Shown: positions 53,862 to 63,129 of the stretch, one piece after another
Position numbering within the stretch: position 1 is the stretch's first letter
Layout of the letters: each line of letters opens with the position of its first letter
Assembly (NCBI GenBank): GCA_040767965.1
Contig: JAXGNR010000009.1
Coordinates: 1-64,000 of the forward strand
Length of the DNA stretch: 64,000 bases
Source of the DNA: Atribacterota bacterium
GTDB taxonomy: Bacteria; Atribacterota; Phoenicimicrobiia; Phoenicimicrobiales; Stramentimicrobiaceae
Direction: 5' to 3'
The notes under the pieces: generated by a model
Seen by the model: the letters and a program-made list of their open reading frames with translations, nothing else
What the model was told of the DNA's origin: nothing
Database searches by the model: none
Program-made: the position numbers and the translations under genes

Positions 53862-54578
53862 ATGAATAAAATGAATAATTTGATTGATAGAATTAAAGAA
53901 GCATTAATCGAAAACATTGAAGAAAAAACCAAAGCAAATGCGCAGCGGTTTTTTAAAGAACAGGTTAAAGTATATGGTGTTAAAACAGCAATATGTACGA
54001 AAATAGCCAATCAATTCTGGCCAGAAGTAAAGGTTTTGAAAAAGGCAGAAATTTTTCAGGTATGTGAAAATCTTTTGGCTTCAGATTATTGTGAGGAAGC
54101 ATATATTGTAAGCTCCTGGCTTCCACGAATTTCTAACCAGTTTGAAAGCAATGACTGGATTATGTTTAAGGGATGGATTGAGAAATATATCAACAATTGG
54201 GCGAAGTGTGACAGTTTTTGTAACCATACAATTGGAGATTTTTTGATGAAGTTTCCGGAATTTATTACTAGATTAAAAGAATGGACTTTATCAGATAATC
54301 GCTGGATAAAAAGAGCGGCAGCTGTGTCCCTTATTATACCAGCCAGAAATGGATATTTTTTAACTGAAATTTTTACTATCTGTGATCAATTATTAATTGA
54401 TAAGGACGATCTGGTACAGAAAGGCTATGGATGGCTACTTAAAGTGACCGGTGAAATTTATCAAAAAGAAGTATTTACATATGTTTTGCAGAACAAGGAA
54501 AAGATGCCCCGGACCGCGTTAAGATATGCGATTGAAAAGATGCCGGAGGAAATGCGAAAAGAGGCAATGAAAAAATAA
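53862..54578 (+). CDS. AlkD-like DNA alkylation repair protein
   Basis: YINNWAKCD, WIKRAAAV, DLVQKGYGWLLK, RTALRYAIEK. Confidence 0.9.
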   Translation: MNKMNNLIDRIKEALIENIEEKTKANAQRFFKEQVKVYGVKTAICTKIANQFWPEVKVLKKAEIFQVCENLLASDYCEEAYIVSSWLPRISNQFESNDWIMFKGWIEKYINNWAKCDSFCNHTIGDFLMKFPEFITRLKEWTLSDNRWIKRAAAVSLIIPARNGYFLTEIFTICDQLLIDKDDLVQKGYGWLLKVTGEIYQKEVFTYVLQNKEKMPRTALRYAIEKMPEEMRKEAMKK

Positions 54579-54725
54579 TCTATTTGCAATTAATTAGTAC
54601 GGCAATTAGTGCATGTTTAGGACAAATTATTGAATGGGAAAAATTAAATAAAACTATTTTTACCATGTGGTTTATTAGGTTATTGAAATTTGGTATAAAC
54701 TGGAAATGTATATGGAGAAATAATT

Positions 54726-55172
54726 ATGAAAGCAGAATTAATTGCTCCTTGTGGAATGAATTGCAGATTGTGTATAGCCTATCAGTTTATGAAAAAAGAT
54801 TTAAACAAACAGGGATTTCATAAAAAATATTGTCCAGGATGCATACCCAGAGGAAAAAATTGTACCCATATGGGTGACCGCTGCGAACTGCTGAGGAAAG
54901 GAAGTATTCGGTTTTGCTATGATTGTCAGGAATTTCCCTGCAAAAGATTAAAGTCACTGGATAAAAGGTATCGTACAAAATATCATATGAGTATGATAGA
55001 AAATCTTGAATTTATAAGAGACCATAGCTTGGAGAAATTTCTGGAAAAGGAAGAGCATAAGTGGAAATGTCCACAGTGTGGCGAAGTGATATGCTGTCAC
55101 AATGGATTATGTCTAAATTGCGAGTTTGATATATTTCTTCATAATAAAAAATACCGATGGAATGAGAAGTAA
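54726..55172 (+). CDS. DUF3795 Cys-rich protein
   Basis: IAPCGMNCRLC, CPGC, FCYDCQEFPC, WKCPQCG. Confidence 0.82.
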   Translation: MKAELIAPCGMNCRLCIAYQFMKKDLNKQGFHKKYCPGCIPRGKNCTHMGDRCELLRKGSIRFCYDCQEFPCKRLKSLDKRYRTKYHMSMIENLEFIRDHSLEKFLEKEEHKWKCPQCGEVICCHNGLCLNCEFDIFLHNKKYRWNEK

Positions 55173-55578
55173 AGGTGCCTTATAGTCTTTCCAAAGGAAT
55201 GCCAGGTATGGATTCTATTGTTGAATCTATTCTAGTTGACCAGCCAGATTTTGATCAATCTGAAAAACTGAAGATAGAAATAGAAAAGAAAGTACTAGAA
55301 TTTATCAATATTATTGCATCTTTCTTAAACAAAATAGATAAACCAGCTAAAGCGTTTAAAGCGTGCCGATATTAATTGATAAAAAATAAGGGATATGTTA
55401 TTATATAAAAAATTTTGAAAAATTTATTGTAAAGATGTAAAAAAATGTATTTATAGTTATTGAATAAAAATTAATTAAAAATCCGGATAAATTGTTACTT
55501 GCAGATTTTTAACTTTGCAATGAATTTTTTATAATAAAAATAAACTAAGCTGAAAAATATTGTTAAAAAATAAAATAT

Positions 55579-55620
55579 AATAGGTTACAATTGAAAAGAT
55601 TCATTGTAACCTATTTTTTT
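55579..55620 (+). terminator. Leader terminator (attenuator candidate) just upstream of hflX
   Basis: aataggttacaat / attgtaacctatt followed by a T run, about 50 nt before the start codon. Confidence 0.7.
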
Positions 55621-55671
55621 GTGGTTATTTTTACATATTCTGGATTATCATTAAGGAGAGATGGAATAATT

Positions 55672-56931
55672 ATGTTAAGAAAAGAAAAAGCCTTTTTAAT
55701 AGGAGCAAATATAAATAGACAATACCACTTTGATGAGTCAATGAATGAACTTAAGAATTTAGCTCTTGCCTGTAATTACAAAGTGGTTGGACAGGCTGAG
55801 CAGAATTTAAAAGAGATTAATAATACTTTTTATATAGGTTCCGGGAAATTAGAGGAAATAAAATGCTATGCTGATGATGCAGAGGCAGACTTATTAATTT
55901 TTAATAATGAATTATCACCATCTCAGCTTAGAAATCTGGTTAAGGGATTGAAATACAAGATTATGGACAGGACTTCTCTAATATTAGAAATATTTGCCCG
56001 AAGAGCAAAAACAAGAGAAGCCAAACTTCAAGTAGAGCTTGCTAGAATGCAGTATATGCTTCCGAGATTAATAGGACTTAATGAATCTATGGCACAGCAA
56101 ACTGGCGGAGTAGGAACTACCACCAGAGGGGCAGGAGAAAAAGCCTTAGAGTTAGACCGGAGACAACTGGAGAGAAAAATATATGAATTGAATAAGGAAT
56201 TAGAATCAATCAGCAATGAGCGTAAAATACAGCGAAAAAAAAGAAATAAAAGTAAATTGCCTACAGTTGCCCTGGTAGGTTATACTAATTCAGGAAAGTC
56301 TACCTTGATGAATACCTTGCTAGATTTAGCCAGAAAACCTTCAACTCAAAAAGTTCTGGAAAAAGATATGCTGTTTGCTACTCTTGATACTTCTGTAAGA
56401 AAGATATCTTTACCAGGTAGCAGGGATTTCCTGTTGTCAGATACGGTAGGTTTTGTTAATAATCTGCCACACAGCCTGGTTAAAGCTTTCCGTTCAACAT
56501 TGGAGGAAGTAGTAACCGCAGATGTCCTGCTTCACATTGTTGATGTTTCAGATCCTGACTATGAACAGCAGGTTAAAGTTACTGATAAGACCTTACAGGA
56601 AATTGGAGCTGAAAATACTCCTGTGATATATGTTTTTAATAAAATCGATTTAAACCCTGATTATAACACCCATATGAATGTTAATAATAAAGTATTTATC
56701 TCTGCCAGAGGGAAAATCGGACTGGAATATTTACTGGATCGGATTAACAGAGAATTGTTTAAAGAATATATTGAATGCCAGATGTTTATTCCTTATAATC
56801 AGGGTAATTTATTGTCTTATTTAAATGAAAATACTTTCATAAAATCAGCAGTTCATGAAAATAAAGGTACTTTATTAAGTTTAGAATGCAGAGAAAGCGA
56901 TTACAATCGATTAAAGCAATTTATCTGTTAG
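55672..56931 (+). CDS. hflX: HflX ribosome-splitting GTPase (HflXr-like clade suspected)
   Basis: ELSPSQ, EIFARRA, VGYTNSGKST, LFATLD, DTVGF, FRSTLEE, NKID. ATG 55672 is the likelier start. Confidence 0.93.
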   Translation: MLRKEKAFLIGANINRQYHFDESMNELKNLALACNYKVVGQAEQNLKEINNTFYIGSGKLEEIKCYADDAEADLLIFNNELSPSQLRNLVKGLKYKIMDRTSLILEIFARRAKTREAKLQVELARMQYMLPRLIGLNESMAQQTGGVGTTTRGAGEKALELDRRQLERKIYELNKELESISNERKIQRKKRNKSKLPTVALVGYTNSGKSTLMNTLLDLARKPSTQKVLEKDMLFATLDTSVRKISLPGSRDFLLSDTVGFVNNLPHSLVKAFRSTLEEVVTADVLLHIVDVSDPDYEQQVKVTDKTLQEIGAENTPVIYVFNKIDLNPDYNTHMNVNNKVFISARGKIGLEYLLDRINRELFKEYIECQMFIPYNQGNLLSYLNENTFIKSAVHENKGTLLSLECRESDYNRLKQFIC

Positions 56932-56963
56932 TTTTTCTTAATAGAATAAGTTAAGAGTTAGTA

Positions 56964-57506
56964 TTGAGAGAAAAAATGGAATATTCTATAGCTAAAATTC
57001 AAGCTCATGATTGGGAACAAATCAGAGAAATTTATTTAGAAGGCATAAAAACTGGTAATGCCACCTTTGAAAATACAGCTCCCAGCTGGGAAGACTGGCA
57101 TGCTAATCATGTAAAATCATGTCGGCTGGCAGCTAAGAACGGACAAGAAATTTATGGTTGGGCAGCCTTAAGTCCTTTTTCCAAAAGAAGTGTTTATTCA
57201 GGAGTAGCAGAAATAAGTATTTATATTAGAAAAAATCTGCAGAGAAAAGGAATCGGGAAAGCTTTACTAAAAGAGCTGATAAAAAAGTCTGAAGAAAGTG
57301 GATTCTGGACTTTACAGGCTAGTATTTTCCCTGAGAATAAATCCAGTATAATACTTCATGAAAAATGTGGATTTAGAGTGGTTGGCACCAGAGAAAAGAT
57401 TGGGAAGATGAATAATGGCTTATGGAGAGATGTTGTTTTAATGGAAAGAAGAAGCAGGCAAAAAGAGGTCAGTAGTATAGGTGAAAATATATGTCTAAAA
57501 TTATAA
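56964..57506 (+). CDS. GNAT acetyltransferase (phosphinothricin/methionine sulfoximine type)
   Basis: GIKTGNATFE, YSGVAEISIY, GIGKALL, HEKCGF, WRDVVLMERR. Confidence 0.9.
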   Translation: MREKMEYSIAKIQAHDWEQIREIYLEGIKTGNATFENTAPSWEDWHANHVKSCRLAAKNGQEIYGWAALSPFSKRSVYSGVAEISIYIRKNLQRKGIGKALLKELIKKSEESGFWTLQASIFPENKSSIILHEKCGFRVVGTREKIGKMNNGLWRDVVLMERRSRQKEVSSIGENICLKL

Positions 57507-58030
57507 ATCAAAACAAATTCTTTACCCTTACTTTAATTGTTATTTTATTAGTAACTTTGACAGGTTGTGGTTCGGTTGAAAAAGAACCTCAAACAAACAC
57601 AACCGATACCGGGATTTCTCTAAATGAGAATGAGCTGAACAACAATGAAGAAAACAAGTAATCTGATATTAATATTAATCACGTAGCAGTTATTAAAGGA
57701 TCAAGTTACACCTCTAAAGAAGAAGTAGCTGTTTATCTGCATATATTCAAAATTCTTCCTCCCAACTATGTTACTAAAAGAGAGGCACAGGATCTGGGCT
57801 GGGATAATTCGAAAGGTAATTTGTGGGATGTCACTAACCGTAAATCTATTGGTGGTGATAGATTTTATAACAGGGAAGGGATTTTACCGGCCAAAGATGG
57901 ACGTCTATATTATGAATGTGATATTAACTATTCGGGAGGATATCGTGGAGCCGAGCGCATTGTTTATTCTAATGACGGACTAATTTATTATACCGGTGAT
58001 CATTATAACAGTTTTGAAAGACTATATTAG
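57491..58030 (+). pseudogene. Barnase-like (N1/T1) ribonuclease lipoprotein with in-frame TAA at 57659-57661
   Basis: ATG 57491 and lipobox LTGC. After the TAA the same frame gives LPPNYVTKREAQDLGW..KGNL..V...SIGGDRFYNREG.LP...YECDINY..GYRGAERIVYSNDGLIYYT.DHY. Confidence 0.85.
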
Positions 58031-58038
58031 GAGAATAA

Positions 58039-58326
58039 ATGAAAGAAATTTGGTTAAATGGCGCAAAAATGACAGACCGGGAAAGCACGCATGCCTATCT
58101 TAAAAGAAAATTATCTTTACCTGATTACTATGGTAATAATTTAGATGCTCTCTGGGATTGCCTTTCTACTGATTTCTCACCAAAAAAAATAATTATATTT
58201 AATACAGAAAAATTAAGAGAAAACCTGGGTTCTTATGGGGAATTACTCATAAATCTTTTACGTGAAATAGCCCGGGATAATGAGTTTATAAAGCTGATGG
58301 TTTATTTGCCATTTTCTAAACTGTGA
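58039..58326 (+). CDS. Barstar family ribonuclease inhibitor
   Basis: H..LK..L.LPDYYGNNLDALWDCL, directly after the barnase-like gene. Confidence 0.93.
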   Translation: MKEIWLNGAKMTDRESTHAYLKRKLSLPDYYGNNLDALWDCLSTDFSPKKIIIFNTEKLRENLGSYGELLINLLREIARDNEFIKLMVYLPFSKL

Positions 58327-58348
58327 AATAAATAAGGAGGGAATTAAA

Positions 58349-59425
58349 GTGGCTTCTAAAAAAAGAGCAGGTTTATTTTTAGCAGTTATTATAATAATGT
58401 TTTTTTTAATATCTTTCTTGGGAATTTCAGCAACTGAAAGTAAAGGACAACTTGCCGCAGTACAAATGAAGCTGAGAATTGAAGATTTTTACTCACAACA
58501 GGACTTCACAAAAAAAATAGAAAGTCTGCTAGGAGAAGTGGCTGCTAAAACAAATCCTGATTTTCCTACCCTTGTTGTTTTCCCGGAAGATATCGGTTTA
58601 ATGCTAATTGCCCAGGATAATCAGCAAACTTTAAGTGCAGTACATACAATCGAAGAAGCTATCAAGAAAATGACTATGAAACATCTTCTACCACTTGTCT
58701 GGTTTAGATTAAGATATAATCTTTCCTGGGTACCAGCCTTGTATTATTATAAAAATAAAGAAATTGCCCAAACCTATTTTGAAACTTTCAGCAGTTTATC
58801 TAACAAATACCGGATGTATATAGTTGCTGGTTCTGTTTTACTGCCTCATTACGAAATAAGTAATGGTGAAGTGCTTTACCAGGAAGGCCCCTTAAGTCCG
58901 AAAATATATAATACTTCATATCTTTTTAATCCTGAAGGGAAGGTTGTTGGTTTTCAGGATAAAGTACATCTGCTGGAATTGGAACAGGAAGGTGGTCTAC
59001 ATCTGACTGCGGGAAATTTAGATGATATCAAAGTATTTGATACTGCAATAGGCAAAATAGGAATAGCAGTTTGTCTGGATAGCTTTAAAGAAGATGTTAT
59101 AAATGAACTAAGAGAAAAGGAAGCAGAAATACTTATTCAGCCTTCAGCCAATCCGGTTCTCTGGGAAAAATGGCAACAGGTAGAATGGATGGAAAGTAGT
59201 TATAAATTTACTCATGAATTGCGCTATTTTCAATATGCAGTAAATCCTATGATGAATGGAGATTTTTTTGACCTTAGCTTTTATGGACAGTCAAGCATCA
59301 TAAACAGGGAAAATACAGGTAATTTAAAAAACTACTTTGATTTATCGCCACAGGATGGATTCCTGGCAATAAGTGATTCTGCTGACCTGGAAGAAATATT
59401 GGTAGTAGAAATTGAATTACCATAA
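58349..59425 (+). CDS. Exported carbon-nitrogen hydrolase family protein
   Basis: Signal peptide, VVFPEDIG, QDKVHL, AVCLDSF, PSANP. Confidence 0.82.
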   Translation: MASKKRAGLFLAVIIIMFFLISFLGISATESKGQLAAVQMKLRIEDFYSQQDFTKKIESLLGEVAAKTNPDFPTLVVFPEDIGLMLIAQDNQQTLSAVHTIEEAIKKMTMKHLLPLVWFRLRYNLSWVPALYYYKNKEIAQTYFETFSSLSNKYRMYIVAGSVLLPHYEISNGEVLYQEGPLSPKIYNTSYLFNPEGKVVGFQDKVHLLELEQEGGLHLTAGNLDDIKVFDTAIGKIGIAVCLDSFKEDVINELREKEAEILIQPSANPVLWEKWQQVEWMESSYKFTHELRYFQYAVNPMMNGDFFDLSFYGQSSIINRENTGNLKNYFDLSPQDGFLAISDSADLEEILVVEIELP

Positions 59426-59478
59426 AAAAAAGAAAAATAGCATCGTGATAGTATAAAGCATTAATGGAGATATAAAAA

Positions 59479-60723
59479 ATGGAATTAAAGATTGAAGGCA
59501 TCAGTCATAATGGAGAAGGAGTAGATAGAAATAAAGGGAAAGTATTTTTTGTACCTTATGCTGTTCCTGGAGAAATTGTTCAGGTTGATATTGTAGAAGA
59601 AAAGAAAAAATACTCCCGGGCGGTTTTAAGAGAAGTTATAAAGCAATCACCTCACCGTACAGAACCAAAGTGTCCTTATTACTATCAATGTGGTGGATGT
59701 TCCTATCAGCATGTGGAATATGAACAACAACTACTGTTAAAGAAAAATATTACTGAAGAAACAGTAAAGAGAATAGGTGGAATATCGGTAAAAAATTTAA
59801 ATACTATAGGAGTGCAAAACCCCTGGAATTACAGAAACAAGGTTGTCTGGCATATCAACAAAAGCCCGGGGAACATAAAAATGGGTTTTTACAGATATCA
59901 GAGCAGGCAATTAATTTCAATAGATAGTTGTCCTTTACTTTTACCAAAATTAAACCAGATTAGTGCTCTAGTTAAAAATTTGCTTCCAGGTATCAATCCG
60001 GGAGAAATTAGCTCAATTATGCTACGCCAGTCTTATAATACTAACCAGGTAATTCTTGAATTTGTTAACTGCAATCCGGATAAAAAAACAGAAAAGATCC
60101 TTTCTCAGGAGATTGATGTAATCTATGAGAAAAAAGATGGACAAATAAAACTTCTTACCGGTTCGGGATCAATAAAAGAGAAAGCGGGAAATTATTATTT
60201 TTTACTATATTCAGAGTATTTTTTTCAAGTAAAACCTCTGCAGTTTAGTCCAATAATCAATGCAGTTGTCGAGTATTTGCATCTTAATAAACAAAATAAT
60301 GTACTTGATACTTATTGTGGTGCAGGAATGTTTGCCTTGAATGTTTCTGAAAAAGCATTTTCAGTAGTTGGCATAGATTCCAGCGTTTCAGCAATTAAAA
60401 ATGCCAGAAAGAATGCAGAGTTGAATGATATCAAAAATTGTCAGTTTATTACCGGTTTTTGCGAATCTGTTTTGCCCAGGACAGAAAGTTCTTTTGACAG
60501 AGTAATCATTGATCCGCCTCGAACCGGTCTTAAACCAGAAGTAATCAATTCTATAGTTAATATTTCTCCAGAAAGGATTGTCTATGTATCCTGTAATCCT
60601 GCAACCCTGGCCAGAGATCTAAAACAGTTTCTTCTAAATCAATATCAGATACTTTCTATCCAACCTGTAGATATGTTCCCCCAAACAAGCCACATTGAAA
60701 ATATTGCTGTACTGATAAGGTGA
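59479..60723 (+). CDS. rlmD: 23S rRNA (uracil-1939-C5)-methyltransferase
   Basis: TRAM domain, CPYY.QCGGC, YRNK, DTYCGAG, DPPRTG, YVSCNPATLARD, DMFPQTSHIE. Confidence 0.93.
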   Translation: MELKIEGISHNGEGVDRNKGKVFFVPYAVPGEIVQVDIVEEKKKYSRAVLREVIKQSPHRTEPKCPYYYQCGGCSYQHVEYEQQLLLKKNITEETVKRIGGISVKNLNTIGVQNPWNYRNKVVWHINKSPGNIKMGFYRYQSRQLISIDSCPLLLPKLNQISALVKNLLPGINPGEISSIMLRQSYNTNQVILEFVNCNPDKKTEKILSQEIDVIYEKKDGQIKLLTGSGSIKEKAGNYYFLLYSEYFFQVKPLQFSPIINAVVEYLHLNKQNNVLDTYCGAGMFALNVSEKAFSVVGIDSSVSAIKNARKNAELNDIKNCQFITGFCESVLPRTESSFDRVIIDPPRTGLKPEVINSIVNISPERIVYVSCNPATLARDLKQFLLNQYQILSIQPVDMFPQTSHIENIAVLIR

Positions 60724-60816
60724 TAAAATTTAAATATTTATCATAAGGACAGAGTCTTTGATTGATAGATCTCAGTAAGATATAATTATAAATAATCTTT
60801 TAAGGATGGAAACATT

Positions 60817-61344
60817 ATGTCAGATAATTATACTAATCAGGCATTATTAGTAGTTGATATGCAGAAAGAAGGCCTTTCGAAAAGAAATGTTTTTAATAAA
60901 CAGGAATTAATTAATAATGTAAATAATCTTATAAGTATTTTTCGTAAAAAGAATAAACCTCTATTTTTTATCAGGCATAATAATGATTCTTATTTGAAGG
61001 AAAATACCGAAGGTTGGCAGTTTAGCGAAGAGTTGGATTTATTCGAAAATGATATAATTATTGACAAAAGAAATATTAATGCCTTTAGAGAGCCAAAACT
61101 TTTGTCTTTACTTGAGGAAAGCAAAATAACAGAAGTTGTTATAATAGGACTAATTTCTAATATGTGTGTCAGGGCAACATCTCTTGGCGGACTGGAATCA
61201 GGCTTTTCAGTTTTGCTTATCAGTGATGGCCACAGTACCTTTTATAAAGATGCCGAAAAGATTATCTCAGAATGCAATTTGCAACTGGCAAAACAAGGGG
61301 CTAAAGTAATTTCTACAGAAGAATTTATCAAAAAATATATTTAA
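60817..61344 (+). CDS. Isochorismatase family cysteine hydrolase
   Basis: ALLVVDMQ, DKRNINAF, GLISNMCVRAT, DGHST. Confidence 0.9.
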   Translation: MSDNYTNQALLVVDMQKEGLSKRNVFNKQELINNVNNLISIFRKKNKPLFFIRHNNDSYLKENTEGWQFSEELDLFENDIIIDKRNINAFREPKLLSLLEESKITEVVIIGLISNMCVRATSLGGLESGFSVLLISDGHSTFYKDAEKIISECNLQLAKQGAKVISTEEFIKKYI

Positions 61345-61375
61345 TCTGTTAGGGTAGTATACAAATATACAAAAT

Positions 61376-61408
61376 AAAATAAGGGCTGTTAATAACAGCC
61401 CTTATTTT
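61376..61408. terminator. Bidirectional terminator
   Basis: aaaataagggctgtt-aat-aacagcccttatttt between convergent genes. Confidence 0.85.
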
Positions 61409-61428
61409 TATATGATGTGTGTGATTTT

Positions 61429-62634
61429 TTATTCTGCCATTAAGTCTAAAGTTTTTATTACTCTATGGTTGGCATTTTCAATTTTAACTATAGTCATAGA
61501 ATGGGACAGGTCATTTATTTCATCACAAGTATATGGTTTACAAGTGTCTTCAGTGAAATTCTTCACTTCTTTTAAGGCATCTCTTATGGCTATTCTGGCA
61601 TCTTTTACAGGCATAATCATCTTTTTCCCGTCGATTTCCTGAACGACTCCAGCTCTTTCGATGGCATCAGCCAGGATAATCATTGCATCATACATCCAGG
61701 TAGAAGCACTGACTCTATAGCCGAACCCATCATTTAATTTTTTATCTACGTATTGGACTACCGGGTTGGGGTCTGCAGGAGACATATCAATTACTGAATA
61801 GATTCCTTCAGCATCATCACCAGCAATTTTTACAGTTATATCCAAACTTCCGTAAGATGCACTTCCGACAAAGTCTACATCAAGACCTAATTGTTTTACT
61901 TGTCTTAAGATTATACCGTCATCTTCAGCATTTGCACTCCAGGAGAATATACATTCAGCGCCACTTTGTTTGATAGCTAAAAGCTGAGCAGTATAATCTA
62001 AAGTACCTCTTTGAAATCTTTGTACGGTTAGTGGTTCTACTCCATATTCCTTCAAAGCTTTTATTGTTTCTTCATTTCCGCCCTGGCCAAAAGCTTCATC
62101 ACTATGAATACTAGCGACTTTAGTGTGTCCAAGATCTTCTACTATATATTTTGCCATAATATTTGCCACATTTCTATCATTAGTTCTAAAACCAAACATC
62201 CATGGATTGCCAAGTTCCCTCACGGACCATGCAGAACCACCAAAAAGAGCAGGCATTTCTGCTTCAGCTATCAAAGGGTTAAGGGCATGGTTAATGGTAC
62301 TTTTTACCGTTATAAAGCAGGCAATTACATCGTGATCATATGCTAAAATGTTTGTAGAAGCAATAGCTCCCGGGTTAGTACCCTGGTTATCTTCATAAAC
62401 TATTTTGACTGGAATTCCGTTAATTCCGCCATTTTCATTGATTTTTTCAACAGCTATTTGCCAGTTTCTTAGTTCGACATCACCTTCTAAAGCTGTAAGC
62501 CCGGTGATCATCATAGATCCACCGATTTCAATGAATTCTGGTGCTGGTTGCCAATTGATCTCAGCGGTTGATGTGTTGAAAAATACTAGGGTGATTGAAA
62601 GTATAAGAAATAGACCAAAAATAAATTTCTTCAT
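61429..62634 (-). CDS. Branched-chain amino acid-type (LivJ/K family) ABC substrate-binding protein, orphan
   Basis: Signal peptide, INENGGINGIPVKIVYED, DYTAQL, YDAMIILADAI. Confidence 0.88.
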   Translation of the reverse strand: MKKFIFGLFLILSITLVFFNTSTAEINWQPAPEFIEIGGSMMITGLTALEGDVELRNWQIAVEKINENGGINGIPVKIVYEDNQGTNPGAIASTNILAYDHDVIACFITVKSTINHALNPLIAEAEMPALFGGSAWSVRELGNPWMFGFRTNDRNVANIMAKYIVEDLGHTKVASIHSDEAFGQGGNEETIKALKEYGVEPLTVQRFQRGTLDYTAQLLAIKQSGAECIFSWSANAEDDGIILRQVKQLGLDVDFVGSASYGSLDITVKIAGDDAEGIYSVIDMSPADPNPVVQYVDKKLNDGFGYRVSASTWMYDAMIILADAIERAGVVQEIDGKKMIMPVKDARIAIRDALKEVKNFTEDTCKPYTCDEINDLSHSMTIVKIENANHRVIKTLDLMAE

Positions 62635-63129
62635 TATATTCTCCTTTTAATGTTTACAATTTTAATACTCATTCTTAGAAGATTTTTTGTCTATACAATC
62701 ACCTCCTTAATACTTTACTTTTAGCAGCAATTTTGAGTTGTTTTAAATCTGCTTATGATAATAAAAATATAAAGGTGGTACGACGTAGTGTTGTGATTGT
62801 AGCTCAAGTGAAGTTTACATAGGTTATTTAAATATATATTCATTTTAGTACATGTTATCGAAAATATCAAGAAAATTTATTTTACAGAAAAAGGAAAAAT
62901 ATTGAAAAAATTATTAAAATATGAAATAATCAAATAAATAATTATTCTAATGCAATGAATTCACAAGAAATAAAATGGTTAAATAAAAAGTTAAAAGGGG
63001 GTGATTTTTATAGTAATTTTAATGTCCATTTGAATAATTAATGGACTTTTAAGAAGCTGCTTGAATGTGCATTGTTGTTTAATTAGAAATTCCAGAGATT
63101 CTAATTAAATTTTAATAAGGAGGTTAACA

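Noticed and set aside
55175-55375. 66-aa ORF faintly like the C-terminus of an AbiEii-type nucleotidyltransferase
   Set aside because: Short, no RBS and no diagnostic motif. At most a gene remnant.
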